DNA of 64,000 nt from Botryllus schlosseri (Eukaryota), in contig CM119371.1 of NCBI GenBank assembly GCA_051294905.1, forward strand, positions 15,068,001 through 15,132,000. Reading direction: 5' to 3'. Under the pieces are notes generated by a model. The model was not told the DNA's origin, ran no database searches, and saw only the letters and a program-made list of their open reading frames with translations. The translations under genes and the position numbers were made by a program. Within the stretch, counting starts at the first letter, position 1; every line of letters starts with the position of its first letter. Below are positions 25,278 through 37,951 of the stretch, one piece after another.

Positions 25278-25460
25278 ATAAACACTCTGCTAATAGCCTG
25301 TGTAACTTGGAGATTGCCACCCAGACCGTTCCTGTGTGCACTTGTACCTTTCCCAGAGCCGGTCACATTCATGGAAGAATGCATAATCTGGATAAAGGCA
25401 TGTGGACTTCCTTGGAGTCATCTGAATTCTCATTTTATTAATAAAATGACGTATCTATTA
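25278..25460 (+). pseudogene. Decayed THAP-like zinc-finger coding remnant (probably transposon-derived)
   Basis: Translation ...PFPEPVTFMEECIIWIKACGLPWSHLNSHFINKMTYL fits the THAP core spacing FP...W...C; a frameshifted KHSANSLCN lies upstream; the terminal CxxHF is missing. Confidence 0.45.
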
Positions 25461-26148
25461 TTGTACCAGAAATATTGAATCGTGACATAATTTAACTGAA
25501 ATGCAGTCACGCCGCTTGCATTCTTGATGCCACAATCGACTTATTGTGTGCCTCATATTATTCCGCTCCAGTGTTGTTTCTTGATGGTGTGTAATGGATT
25601 GAGAAGCTGAGATTGTGTAATGTATTTAGGTCTTCAACATGCCCTGAATTAATCCTAAATAATTATCCGCCAATCTACCTACAATGCGCTTTCAGAATCG
25701 CAGCAGACTCCTTGATCACCTAATCAGCAAGCAGCTGCTGTCGTGATCATTGAAGCATAGCCGATTGTCCAATCAAGATCCCTGGTTTCGTGATTACTAG
25801 TCTTCTCACCGTTCTATGGGCGGTTGCACTCCCATTCTTCGGCAGCTGCTTTCAAACGCTTTGCACGAAATCTTATCGGCTTTCCTGCGAGCTTCGTTTT
25901 GGTCCATTGTTGTTTTTTATCAATAATCTATAGAATAAGACATTACATCGGAGCATTTGTAAGATTTTCCAAATTATGGACAACCCTGTCGGCCAGTCTA
26001 ATATGTGTTGATAGCTACCTCGACACCAGAGATAAGCTAGAGTGGAAAGTAACACTCGTGTAAATATTTGCAATTTGAATACGAACAAGCCATTTGTGGC
26101 ACAGAACTTCAGAATAACGCGAAACAATAACTTCATATTGTTAATTTA

Positions 26149-26188
26149 TTCGCTAAAAGCTTTTCGACTGACACTCATCAGTAGCGAA
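26149..26188 (-). ncRNA. Degenerate minimal type I hammerhead ribozyme motif (Penelope-like)
   Basis: Minus strand reads UUCGCUA-CUGAUGA-GUGUCAGUC-GAA-AAGCUU-U-UAGCGAA: 7-bp stem I, intact core boxes, palindromic stem III AAGCUU, overlapping AAUAAA. Stem II is reduced to 1 bp. Confidence 0.45.
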
Positions 26189-27193
26189 CGTCAGTGATAG
26201 CTGATAGGGTGGATCAAATTCGAAATGTAAGAACTAGTTTGTGTCTATGACATAATAATGACAAAAACAGACAACAATACGGTAGCTTTCTAGGTGGAAA
26301 TGGATGCTGCCACAATTTTTCAAGCTGTTATCTCAAATTCGAGACACTGTTACAAACACAGATCTATGTTATTGTAACATTTATATGCTGCAATCCTATA
26401 ACTGCAACTGCACACAGTAAATATTGCATTCAGTTTACTATATATATATTTTGTGTACTGAGTCACAGTCAAAGTCTAATAAAGAAAGTGCATCAGATCA
26501 ATTCCAAAAAGTGTTAAAACATCAATCAACTGCCAAGAAACAAACACCCGATACAAATTTCCTGCCAAACTCAGATGAAAAATGTTCTGTCGTTGATACT
26601 ATGGTATCTGTATGAAATATATATCCATTCTATGCATTCAATTTGCAATTGGGTGCAGTGAGGACGGTTAACATCTATATCAGTGTGGCGTTACAACACC
26701 TACTTGTACTTGAGTACCAACGCCGAATACTTTGACACCTCTGCACTTCTGCAGTCTGCACATTGTGTAGCCATAGAATCCATAATTATTAATCTTGTCG
26801 ACAAAACCTAACTGCAAAACTGAGCTGAGACAGGCTTGCACACTAGAATATCAATAGTTATATATCTCTGAAATAGAAAAATGTAAAAATTGACTTGCAA
26901 GTAAAGGAAGGGTAACATACAGAGTCAACATCACTAAATGAAGCAGCAGGTGTACGAATGATAGTTCATTAACATTGCAACACCGCTCAAAGGAACACAG
27001 AACGACTTAACAGAAGAGAGAGCGACCCCACAATGACATATCAAAGCACTTTAAAGTTTCATCACAACCGAAACTTATTCCATACTCAAGAATGCATGTT
27101 TCAACAGTACTCAGACTTTTCAGCCCGCGTTAAAATATCTCAAGTCCTCCTAAGAGTGGTGCGGCCTTCAGTTGAAGGACCAGAGATGTACTC

Positions 27194-28807
27194 CTACACC
27201 TTGACCATTGCAGATCCACAGAGTTCAAAAGATCGACGTGCCTCTTTTTTGATGCTGTACCATTTTTTGTTCAATAAATTGTACTTCTCGATACAATCAG
27301 AGTCGCCAAGTCTATCCACTACAATTATCCAATTGCCAATGAGATAAGTCGTATTGAAACTATGACAAAGATTCGTAGATGACAATGAAGTCCACTGTGC
27401 TGAAGTAACATCGTAACATTCCACGTCATTGATCATCTCATTTCCACTCCACCCACCGGTCACATATATCATTTGATCGACTGCAACAGTACCACAGCCA
27501 AATACAGGATATCTCATGGGTTCAAGATCTACCCACTCTGAAGAGGATGGATTGAATCTGCAGAATGAAGAAACTTGAACACGATCCCGAAACCCTCCGA
27601 TACAATAAACAGAATCATCCAATGACACAAGACTTGCATGACAAATTGGTGTAGGTTTGTTTGGCAGTTGGAACCATCGATTCACCGAAGGGTCATATCT
27701 TTCCACATCAGTAGATTCAATGCGATATTCTCCTATTTCACTTCCACCAATGACAAATATTGACCCGCACAATGACACTGAGCAAGGATCCGTCCCGTGT
27801 TCACAAATCATGTCTTCCATATTTTGCCATTTTGAATTAGTTCGTTGAACATTGAGTCGATAAACGGATTTACCTTTGCATAAAATGTAAACATGTAAGT
27901 CGAGGAAAATTGCTGTAAAACAATTAAAACGCCTAAACCCAGCATTGTGGAACTTGGTTATTTTCTCCGAAACTGGATCAAAGGACCGAATACAATCTGT
28001 TTCCTCATCAAAAAGAATTATTAATTCGGTTGTTTTTACCAGTTCAACCGATGCTTCCTGAAGATGTCCGCTGATCAACTTGTTCAACTTATAATCATTC
28101 CTGATAGTGGGGTTATTTTCTAGAAGATGTTGCAAAAATGTTGGGGAGATTTCATCGAAGTCAACGAATTCAAGACATTCATACAAATATTCCTTCTTCT
28201 TTTCACATGTCTCGGTCCATTTGAGAGATAATTCTAGTTTTTCTTCCTCCCATAACTTTGCTTTCGTCGACTTCAAAACACTGATGAGGTCATTTTTTTC
28301 AACGCTGACAAATCCGGCTTGGTTTGCGATTTCCATAATATTTTCTTGTAAAAATATTCTGCATTCTGAAGAAACAACATCCAGTCCATAAATATCACCA
28401 ACATTTCTTGTTGAGAAGAAATTATCGATGGTAACTGTATTAACCAAAATATCGGATATTGTATGCTTTATACCTTCCAACTGCATCATGATTGCGACGT
28501 GAAGAAGTTCAATCATTTTTCCATCCGGAAATTCAATTTCACTGGAATATATAGAATCGATGCAGATTTTGACACATTCGGAATCAACATCTTTAAAAAC
28601 GACTCTACTCTCTCGACTCTCTTTAGTGTCATGTTTCAACATGGCTCTGAAATAATCAGAGCCAGCCGACAATATATTTTTGTGGGCGTAGTAGACGTCG
28701 TTTCCAACTTCAATAGCAAAATCACAATGGTCCTTATCTTCCTTCATTCGATTTAATTCCACCATCATCTTCACAGCATGTTGCTCCACATTCTGACAAA
28801 GGACCAT
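27194..28807 (-). CDS. BTB-BACK-Kelch protein, subfamily B (B1), 537 aa from first ATG, intronless CDS
   Basis: HCDF...AHKNILSAGSDYFRAML BTB; BACK; canonical Kelch repeats (IFVIGG...VERYDP...W; YCIGG; YVTGG...VECYD...W). The ORF track starts at a TTG; the ATG is at 28807. Confidence 0.94.
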   Translation of the reverse strand: MVLCQNVEQHAVKMMVELNRMKEDKDHCDFAIEVGNDVYYAHKNILSAGSDYFRAMLKHDTKESRESRVVFKDVDSECVKICIDSIYSSEIEFPDGKMIELLHVAIMMQLEGIKHTISDILVNTVTIDNFFSTRNVGDIYGLDVVSSECRIFLQENIMEIANQAGFVSVEKNDLISVLKSTKAKLWEEEKLELSLKWTETCEKKKEYLYECLEFVDFDEISPTFLQHLLENNPTIRNDYKLNKLISGHLQEASVELVKTTELIILFDEETDCIRSFDPVSEKITKFHNAGFRRFNCFTAIFLDLHVYILCKGKSVYRLNVQRTNSKWQNMEDMICEHGTDPCSVSLCGSIFVIGGSEIGEYRIESTDVERYDPSVNRWFQLPNKPTPICHASLVSLDDSVYCIGGFRDRVQVSSFCRFNPSSSEWVDLEPMRYPVFGCGTVAVDQMIYVTGGWSGNEMINDVECYDVTSAQWTSLSSTNLCHSFNTTYLIGNWIIVVDRLGDSDCIEKYNLLNKKWYSIKKEARRSFELCGSAMVKV

Positions 28808-29859
28808 GATAACCAATCACCTTTAAGGGCTATTTAAGAGAATTGTACTGTCTTGAAAGCAAATTTGATTTATATCACCAGATATTGAAAAATGAGGAGT
28901 GGAGTGGTAACCAACTACATTTATATTGATTGATAATTTCTCAAAAAGTGCAGGCAGGTGCAGTACTGCTACAGTGCTACATATCATGCATAAACCAGAG
29001 AGAGCAAAATTAGAAAACATATGTCCGAATAGAGGCAATACAATAGGGGAGAGGAGGCCAAGATGAGACCCTTTTCTGTTATTTCAATGCCACTCAAAGA
29101 GTAATGCCTTCTGAGGATTAATTTTGGTACCAATGGAAAGCCCCGAAAAAACAGCCCCGAAATTCTACTTGACGAACTGTAAATAGCAGAAAGTAAGTAA
29201 GTAGATCACAAAACATTACGAATTAGAAGTAGAAAAAATCAGATATACTTGAGTAAGTACCAGAAGTAGAGGAAACCTACTTGAGTACTTCGAAAAAGTA
29301 GAAGTACTTCGTTACTGACTACCTCTGGTGATACCTGGGTGAATTCCGGGTACGTTTTGTTTTATATAGCATGGGAGTAGCGATGATTCTCCAAGTTAAA
29401 GTAATAAAAAATAATAATAAAAAAATCAAGAATTGTGTGAACACAAGACACCGATTCCATACCGTAGAGTGGTGATACAGCTGATACAGAGCTGATACAG
29501 CTTTATATCCACAAGGCCCTGTTTATGACTATGGCTTGAGTTATACTAAATAACATACTGGATTTCTTGGCCCTCAAAAATCCTTTCTCAAATATCTCAA
29601 CTTACCTCCGCGGTGAAGGTAAGAAGAGTCACCAAGCAATTCTTGCTCATTACACCACCAATTCATTACAAATTATGAATCAACTAGCAACATCATGAAT
29701 AAAATATAATAATCATGGAATCATTCACTTTTAAAAAGAATTCGGACATCATACACGAATTAAAATGACATCGAAAACCAATTATCTATGGGATCCAGCA
29801 ACAATAAGAGTTTCGCTATTATTTTGTCTTGTAATGTCAGATCTGGTATTCTACTAGAT

Positions 29860-31369
29860 CAGGGGTTCTCAACTTCCCTTGTATAACCGGCCGCATTTTA
29901 GCAGCAAAATACGCTGCGGGCCGCAGAACAATATTACCTTGTATTCATCCCTACTATTCATTTTAGACTATTGTAGCCTATTTACCAGTCGTATACGGGC
30001 ATTTAATACAGTTTATGCATTATAAAGCATTAATGGACAGCGTTCGTAAGTTTGCAGCTGCTGCTTGTGAGAATATGTATCCTCTAGCAGTGCATGTAAA
30101 TCCCTTCATGGAGCGTGCATTACATTCGTTGCCAAGCCGGTATATGCAACTTCAAATCCTTCCACCAGAGAGCCGAACTCTCTGTTCCAATGCGTGGGCA
30201 AGCAAGTATAAAATTACGATAACTTTTGCTTTACAGACGCCATTATCACATTGAGCTCTGAGTGATATGAGAATAAGTCTGGTGTTTGGGGTTATTTCTG
30301 AGCAAACCAATCAACCCTTCTCTTTTCCGCCCATGCCCGGGGCCCTGCACCAATAGTTACAGAAGTCAGCTTTGTCAAGTTGATATTTTTCGTTGGTCCC
30401 CTCCCCACGTTTGCCAGTAAGCATGTCCTCTGCAAATATGTCCACTCTGATAAAATTCAACCAGATAATTAGTTATGCAATGTCGGTGGATTCGTCCAAG
30501 GCTGGGTTAAAGTAGTATACGGCCTACGCGGCGACATGTTCCAGAACATGCGATAAAAGATTGACTGATATTGATGTTACTCGTCTGGTCATGATTGAAT
30601 CAGACGACTGTATCTTCGTAATTTGTCGATTGGTGATGTTGTCCTTGCTGCTAAGTTCCGGAAGCAGCAAATATTCGCAAAGTATGTTACCGGTACCGTT
30701 TTATTGAATTCACACCTTCTATATCAGATTTCTTGGGTTTAGCGATATTCGAAGCAATTTCAAACGATGCGTCTGTAACGTCATCGGCAATCTCAACAAC
30801 AGTTTGCAGTGAGTCAAACAATCTTCAAAAGTGTGGACCTACTACGTAGCGGGATTCTCTTGAACCAGAGTCCAGCCGAATAATGATTCAAAACAATAAC
30901 AATCTGAAGTCGAGCATATATCAAGAAAAGAGAACGCATTAAAGCAGTGGTTCTCAAACTTTTTTTAGACACGACCGCCACCTTTTGGATAGGGAAAATT
31001 TTTGTGCCCCTTATCGTCATATAACAAAATGCAACCAGAATGCTAGCAGTACAAACGGCTAGTTTGATGACATGGAAGGGCATGGATGTTAATTAGAGAA
31101 TTCTCCAATATGAAATTCGGACTATACGCAGAGAAATAACTATGAATTGGGGATAATTTGCGCGCAGCGTGAAATTTTTTTCAGTTCTCCGCAGCTTCAC
31201 GCCCGCTTCAGATGCATTCACGCCCCCCGTTTGGAAACCACTGCCTTCAAGAATGAGTAGTCAAACGAAACAGAGACGTGCGGTACAAAATTAATCTGTA
31301 ACAATTCCGTGTCATTTGTAATTGCGTTTATAATGAAAGATGTCGCCGGCGGCGGGTTGAGAACCCCTG
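29860..31369 (-). mobile_element. hAT-Charlie-type deletion derivative (second copy of the 19197-20642 family)
   Basis: CAGGGGTTCTCAAC...GTTGAGAACCCCTG; perfect TSD TACTAGAT (29852-29859, 31370-31377); LDESTD remnant on the minus strand near 30480-30510. Confidence 0.9.
30945..31243. mobile_element. Nested small Charlie-type MITE
   Basis: CAGTGGTTCTCAAAC...GGAAACCACTG; degenerate TSD CATTAAAG/CCTTCAAG; empty site visible in the sister copy near 20480. Confidence 0.72.
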
Positions 31370-34164
31370 TACTAGATAACTAATCTAGGCTATTATGTGT
31401 GCCTTGAACAATAAATTTTGAATCTTGCGAGGCCTTCAATGGAAAATCCCTCCGATAACCATGTCTCAACTTACCCCCATGGTTTTGTCTCATCTTACCT
31501 CCACACCTCAATTATTGTGTAAAATTGAATAAAAAATTTCTGTCCATTACTTTTCAGAGGTAAGTGCATGATTACACTGCTAATTATTACACTCTACCAG
31601 CTCCAACAATAGCTCCAATAATGTTGTTTTATAATATGAAGTACTATGATAGGTATGCCATTACAAACATGAATTCACATAACTGACACAGACTATGAAA
31701 ATATAGTTTTTGGAATTTTTCTGCCCAACCTCAAATCTGTTCGTCTTGTTAATATGGTAGGACTATAGAATGACATTATGAGAGCAACATAGTTGAAGGA
31801 ATATGTCCATCAGAAAATTGTTCTATGAAAAAATTGCATGTCTTCTCATCTTGCCCCGTGTCTCGTCTTGGCCTTCTCTCCACTACAATAAACATCAAAT
31901 ACCGTACTCAGCCTGTTTCGAATGAGCTATATCGTGTAGAACAGTGGGCAGAAGTGGTCTGTAACAAAATACTTTTATAAAGCTGCCCACAAATACACTA
32001 TCTGTATATTGACTTGGCTTGTACTCGAGTCATTGCGCATGACTCGTACCAAGCCATATTACTCGAGAATCGGACGGCCATTACATTGATAACGCAACGA
32101 TAACCGAAGGCGGTCAATAATGAAGTAAATTTTCGAAGGTGACTCGTGTAAAGTCAAATCACTCAATTTCTGGAGGTGACTCGAGTCAAGTCACCATTTT
32201 AAATTGTGTCGATGAGTAATATAAACACATAAAACTATAAGCTATTCACTCAGCACGTCAGCACTGAGCAGTCGTAGGAACAGAGATACATTGCCATTGG
32301 ATTAATATGCTACTAGTACAACCTAAATTGTCAGCTAATCGGTCAATGTATTTGTGACATAACAATGCGCGATATCGCGAACAATCCAACATGTACAAGA
32401 TACATCGATTGATAGTCAACAACGATTACTTGAGTTGATGACTTGAAATTGACTTGTACCTTTTGCTCAGAGTCACGAGTTGACCCATATTTCTGAAACA
32501 CAGAGTCAAGTCATGTCATACCGTACTAAAAAGTTCACTCTTGTGACAAAAACATAAAGACAGACACTCGATTAAGGGGCGGCGAATTTTGGAGAACTGT
32601 TAGCTTTGCTGGACAACAAGGCTTTTTCACCAAGATGCACAATGCGGCATGCATTAACACGTTATTAGCTGCTTTCAATTAAGGCATAAAATTTATACGC
32701 TGCAGGATAGAGTACAACTTTTTAACTTGGTCCGCCAACGGATTTTTTTGCTTTTCCTGTCGCCACAGAGAAAAATAATTGCTCACCCTGCATCACAGAT
32801 TGTTCTAACTTCCCAATGGCCCACACACTAGTTCAACTTAGACAGAAGTCACAGCCACTGCGTGCTTTTTCCGCTTCCAGAGACACCATGATCACCATGA
32901 ACACTACACTGATTGATTAAGTATTTGCTAAATGAAATAGAATAAGAGGCATAAAATATGTTTTGACAGAAACATGAATAATCACAGTCATCACATACAT
33001 GGAGACAGACTGGGCGAAATTTGACTGATTCAACGGCAATTGAAAATTCGAGTCTACAACGAACAATGCATATAACGTATAGCCAAGGATTGACATCACA
33101 AATGACAAGAAAACGGTCAAATGTGGCATCTGTAAGATCCCTCCACCACTGTAGCCAAATCATAATGACCAGAGTTCTAGCAAAAACCAACCTCATGCTC
33201 TGTATGGAACTGGCTCGTGTTTGTGTGTTGAGCAAAATTTCATTTTCGAGAACTGAATTTGTCCGACAGCTGATTATCCGAAGGACAATCCATTCGTATC
33301 AGAAGAATCTCGTCCAACAATCCGAAAAAGTTGTTTTAAATAACCATTTTGAATAATCCCACTCATACAGCTGAACCAGGATGCAATCGAGCAATAGACT
33401 ATCACTAATTTTATTCCTGTGGAAACAAAAACATATAAGACATAAAATTGCAATTGCAGATATAAGAAGAGTGACGTAAACAGACTACGTCGCTAATTTG
33501 AAGCAGGTCTACGAAAATCAATGAAATTTCGACATTACCGCAGATATAGAAGGCAATAATGAGCCGAGTGAGATGTATAAGTGACGGAAATCATTAGGCA
33601 GTCAACATATAGAACAGCCAAACATAAAACCATAAAAAGCAACAACATCTTACATCCTAGCGTCAAAGAAGGCAAATTATTGCAAGATTCTATGGTCATG
33701 AGAGAGTCAACAGTGGATGGAGAAAGTCTCATCCGCTCTATGCCGAAGGTAATCCAGCAATATTTGAAAGAATGCTCATATTGACGTATTCTTAGAATCA
33801 CGTTAGCAGACATGGTCATGGTCAGTAACAAAGCACGCCCTCATGGACCCCACAGACCTACCCAAGTTTTAGTTCAAATTTAGCTCAATTATCGTGCAAC
33901 TGTCAGCTGACTAGTGCAAATGACATCTAGCCTAGTCATTTGTATTTAACAGCTTATCTAGATGTCATTCTGTTCGGCTTGTATATAAAAGGAGAATATG
34001 AATTTTTGTTAACAGATTTTTACCAAAATCCAAACCAAACCAAACATCTCTAAACAGGAAATCTTTGTATCAATTAGCGATTGGCAATTGAAATGAGTTT
34101 GTACAGTAGAATATTTCATCTCAGACGACAATTATGTTTATGTGAGAGAAAGGAAGAGAAAGGA

Positions 34165-34478
34165 CGTAGTTTATTTTCGTCCTTGATGTTTTTGCGGCAT
34201 ATACACCGACTCATGATACACATACACATGATCTGTGCATATGCATACCATGAGTGCATGATGTGCATATGCCACTGGACAAGGAAGGTGCAGATACGGC
34301 TTGTACGGCTTTCTAAGTCTTGCACCACCCGTCCATACTATCCCAGTAATGCATGAGTGCCAAGCAGGGAAGTTATGAATACCAGTGTTACTAATCAGGT
34401 CTTTGGACTGACCCGGCCAGGGATCGAACCCGCGACCTACCGATCAAGAAGCCGGACGCTTCGCCATTACGCTATCTT
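34165..34478 (-). mobile_element. tRNA-derived SINE
   Basis: Minus strand: A box TAGCGTAATGG, B box GGTTCGATCCC, then GGTCAGTCCAAAGAC...CTTCCCTGCTTGGCACTCA central region and AATAAA near the 3' end. 3' boundary approximate. Confidence 0.7.
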
Positions 34479-34894
34479 GTCTTGAGTCTTAAAGTTTTAG
34501 CAGTAATGAAGCAAAACAGCCTCGGGGTTTTCTCTTTTTGAAAATAATACACTTCATGTCATCAACCATTTTGCAAATATGGAGGTTTCACTGACCCCTT
34601 GAAAATGCTTCTCGGTTGTGAACCACAGTTCTAGAGCATTCGTTTCTACTTTGGTTTGAAATAGAACTGCCATGTCTTGGAAACTGATTGCAGATTTCAA
34701 CTTATATTTTTAGTAACATAGCTGACTATTTTGACAACCTGCGGATAGAGGTGAGATGAAGTTAGTGTGATAGATTGAATATGATTTATCAGTTGATTGA
34801 TACAAATAGATCACAGGAACTTTACTTTGTTTACTCAAACGATCAAAACTGTACTTTTAAATTTGTCACTCAAAACTCACAATTTTATTAATTA

Positions 34895-35535
34895 CCGTAA
34901 TTTTTCAAGTATAGTACGCCCCCATGTATAATACGCACCCCTAAAATAGCATGCAAATTCAGGGAAAAAGCCTGTACCCATGTATAGTACGCACCCTGCA
35001 TTTCAGTACATGAATAGTTCCGATTTAGTATACGATGTCATTATATTTTGCGATGTCACTCTTGAACAATCATTACACAACGATCTCTAATCATTATACA
35101 ATTAGCGGGATTGTCTTTAAACGATAGTAGATAGCAGCCAAAGCTTGCGAGGCGGGCGGCGCGATAGTTCAGGCTAGCGACACGACATCTAGAGCACGAG
35201 GAGACCTTTTACAGATGCGATTGCTAATCATTATACAGCTCGCGTACAAACGGCAAACCAACTCAGCAGGAGATCGCGTGCTTGTGCACACGACTCTTGT
35301 TAATTGGCAACACGCTTCCCGCTAATTGGCAGCGTGTTACACTATAATACGGATTACTGTGCGCGATGGATGAAAGTGAAGCGCGATTGGAAACGAAAAT
35401 GAAGAAAGGAGTGATTCAAGTTTTCATCGAGGGAGATTTTTTTCAAGGCTTGTTGTACCCATGTATAATAAGCACCCCCATATTTTAGGGCAAAAAATCG
35501 TGAAAATTTTGCGCATTATACATGGAAAATTACGG
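34895..35535. mobile_element. Tc1/pogo-like MITE, TA TSD
   Basis: TA|CCGTAATTTT...AAAATTACGG|TA with subterminal CATGTATA(A/G)TACGCACCC repeats. Confidence 0.85.
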
Positions 35536-37221
35536 TATTCAAACTGTCACTCAGTATAATGCAGTGGTTCCCAACCGGGTGGGAATTTGGAAATTTGAAG
35601 GGGGGAATCTTGCTTTGGCGTTGTATCGGAAGATACACTGGGTTCACAATGTGTGGTGAGATAGCGCAGTGGTATAATCCACTACTGCAACACCAAGGGT
35701 TGTGGGTTCGAGTCCGACTCCAGAATTCCCACCTAGGTGTTGTGGGTTTATCTAGGCTCCTCCCTGCCATCTCGTCCGTGTACGCGGTGTCTTATAAAAG
35801 CCTAGCAGTGAAGCAGAGAAAAATAATTGCTCACCCTGCATCACAGATTGTTCTAACTTCCCAATGGCCCACACACTAGTTCAACTTAGACAGAAGTCAC
35901 AGCCACTGCGTGCTTTTTCCGCTTCCAGAGACACCATGATCACCATGATCACCATGAACACTACACTGATTGATTAAGTATTTGCTAAATGAAATAGAAT
36001 AAGAGGCATAAAATATGTTTTGACAGAAACATGAATAATCACAGTCATCACATACATGGAGACAGACTGGGCGAAATTTGACTGATTCAACGGCAATTGA
36101 ATATTCGAGTCTACAACGAACAATGCATATAACTTATAGCCAAGGATTGACATCACAAATGACAAGAAAACGGTCAAATGTGGCATCTGTAAGATCCCTC
36201 CACCACTGTAGCCAAATCATAATGACCAGAGTTCTAGCAAAAACCAACCTCATGCTCTGTATGGAACTGGCTCGTGTTTGTGTGTTGAGCAAAATTTCAT
36301 TTTCGAGAACTGAATTTGTCCGACAGCTGAGTATCCGAAGGACAATCCATTCGTATCAGAAGAATCTCGTCCAACAATCCGAAAAAGTTGTTTTAAATAA
36401 CCATTTTGAATAATCCCACTCATACAGCTGAACCAGGATGCAATCGAGCAATAGACTATCACTAATTTTATTCCTGTGGAAACAAAAACATATAAGACAT
36501 AAAATTGCAATTGCAGATATAAGAAGAGTGACGTAAACAGACTACGCCGCTAATTTGAAGCAGGTCTACGAAAATCAATGAAAGTTCGACATTACCGCAG
36601 ATATAGAAGGCAATAATGAGCCGAGTGAGATGTATAAGTGACGGAAATCATTAGGCAGTCAACATATAGAACAGCCAAACATAAAACCATAAAAAGCAAC
36701 AACATCTTACATCCTAGCGTCAAAGAAGGCAAATTATTGCAAGATTCTATGGTCATGAGAGAGTCAACAGTGGATGGAGAAAGTCTCATCCGCTCTATGC
36801 CGAAGGTAATCCAGCAATATTTGAAAGAATGCTCATATTGACGTATTCTTAGAATCACGTTAGCAGACATGGTCATGGTCAGTAACAAAGCACGCCCTCA
36901 TGGACCCCACAGACCTACCCAAGTTTTAGTTCAAATTTAGCTCAATTATCGTGCAACTGTCAGCTGACTAGTGCAAATGACATCTAGCCTAGTCATTTGT
37001 ATTTAACAGCTTATCTAGATGTCATTCTGTTCGGCTTGTATATAAAAGGAGAATATGAATTTTTGTTAACAGATTTTTACCAAAATCCAAACCAAACCAA
37101 ACATCTCTAAACAGCAAATCTTTGTATCAATTAGCGATTGGCAATTGAAATGAGTTTGTACAGTAGAATATTTCATCTCAGACGACAATTATGTTTATGT
37201 GAGAGAAAGGAAGAGAAAGGA

Positions 37222-37535
37222 CGTAGTTTATTTTCGTCCTTGATGTTTTTGCGGCATATACACCGACTCATGATACACATACACATGATCTGTGCATATG
37301 CATACCATGAGTGCATGATGTGCATATGCCACTGGACAAGGAAGGTGCAGATACGGCTTGTACGGCTTTCTAAGTCTTGCACCACCCGTCCATACTATCC
37401 CAGTAATGCATGAGTGCCAAGCAGGGAAGTTATGAATACCAGTGTTACTAATCAGGTCTTTGGACTGACCCGGCCAGGGATCGAACCCGCGACCTACCGA
37501 TCAAGAAGCCGGACGCTTCGCCATTACGCTATCTT
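37222..37535 (-). mobile_element. tRNA-derived SINE (duplicate copy)
   Basis: Copy of 34165-34478 inside the tandem duplication. Confidence 0.7.
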
Positions 37536-37951
37536 GTCTTGAGTCTTAAAGTTTTAGCAGTAATGAAGCAAAACAGCCTCGGGGTTTTCTCTTTTTGAAA
37601 ATAATACACTTCATGTCATCAACCATTTTGCAAATATGGAGGTTTCACTGACCCCTTGAAAATGCTTCTCGGTTGTGAACCACAGTTCTAGAGCATTCGT
37701 TTCTACTTTGGTTTGAAATAGAACTGCCATGTCTTGGAAACTGATTGCAGATTTCAACTTATATTTTTAGTAACATAGCTGACTATTTTGACAACCTGCG
37801 GATAGAGGTGAGATGAAGTTAGCGTGATAGATTGAATATGATTTATCAGTTGATTGATACAAATAGATCACAGGAACTTTACTTTGTTTACTCAAACGAT
37901 CAAAACTGTACTTTTAAATTTGTCACTCAAAACTCACAATTTTATTAATTA

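Larger units (their letters stand above)
29046..31883. mobile_element. pogo/Fot1-like MITE (GGGGAGAG ends) with nested insertions
   Basis: TA|GGGGAGAGGAGGCCAAGATGAGAC...GTCTCGTCTTGGCCTTCTCTCCAC|TA; internal TCTCA(A/T)CTT(A/G)CC repeats. Confidence 0.65.
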
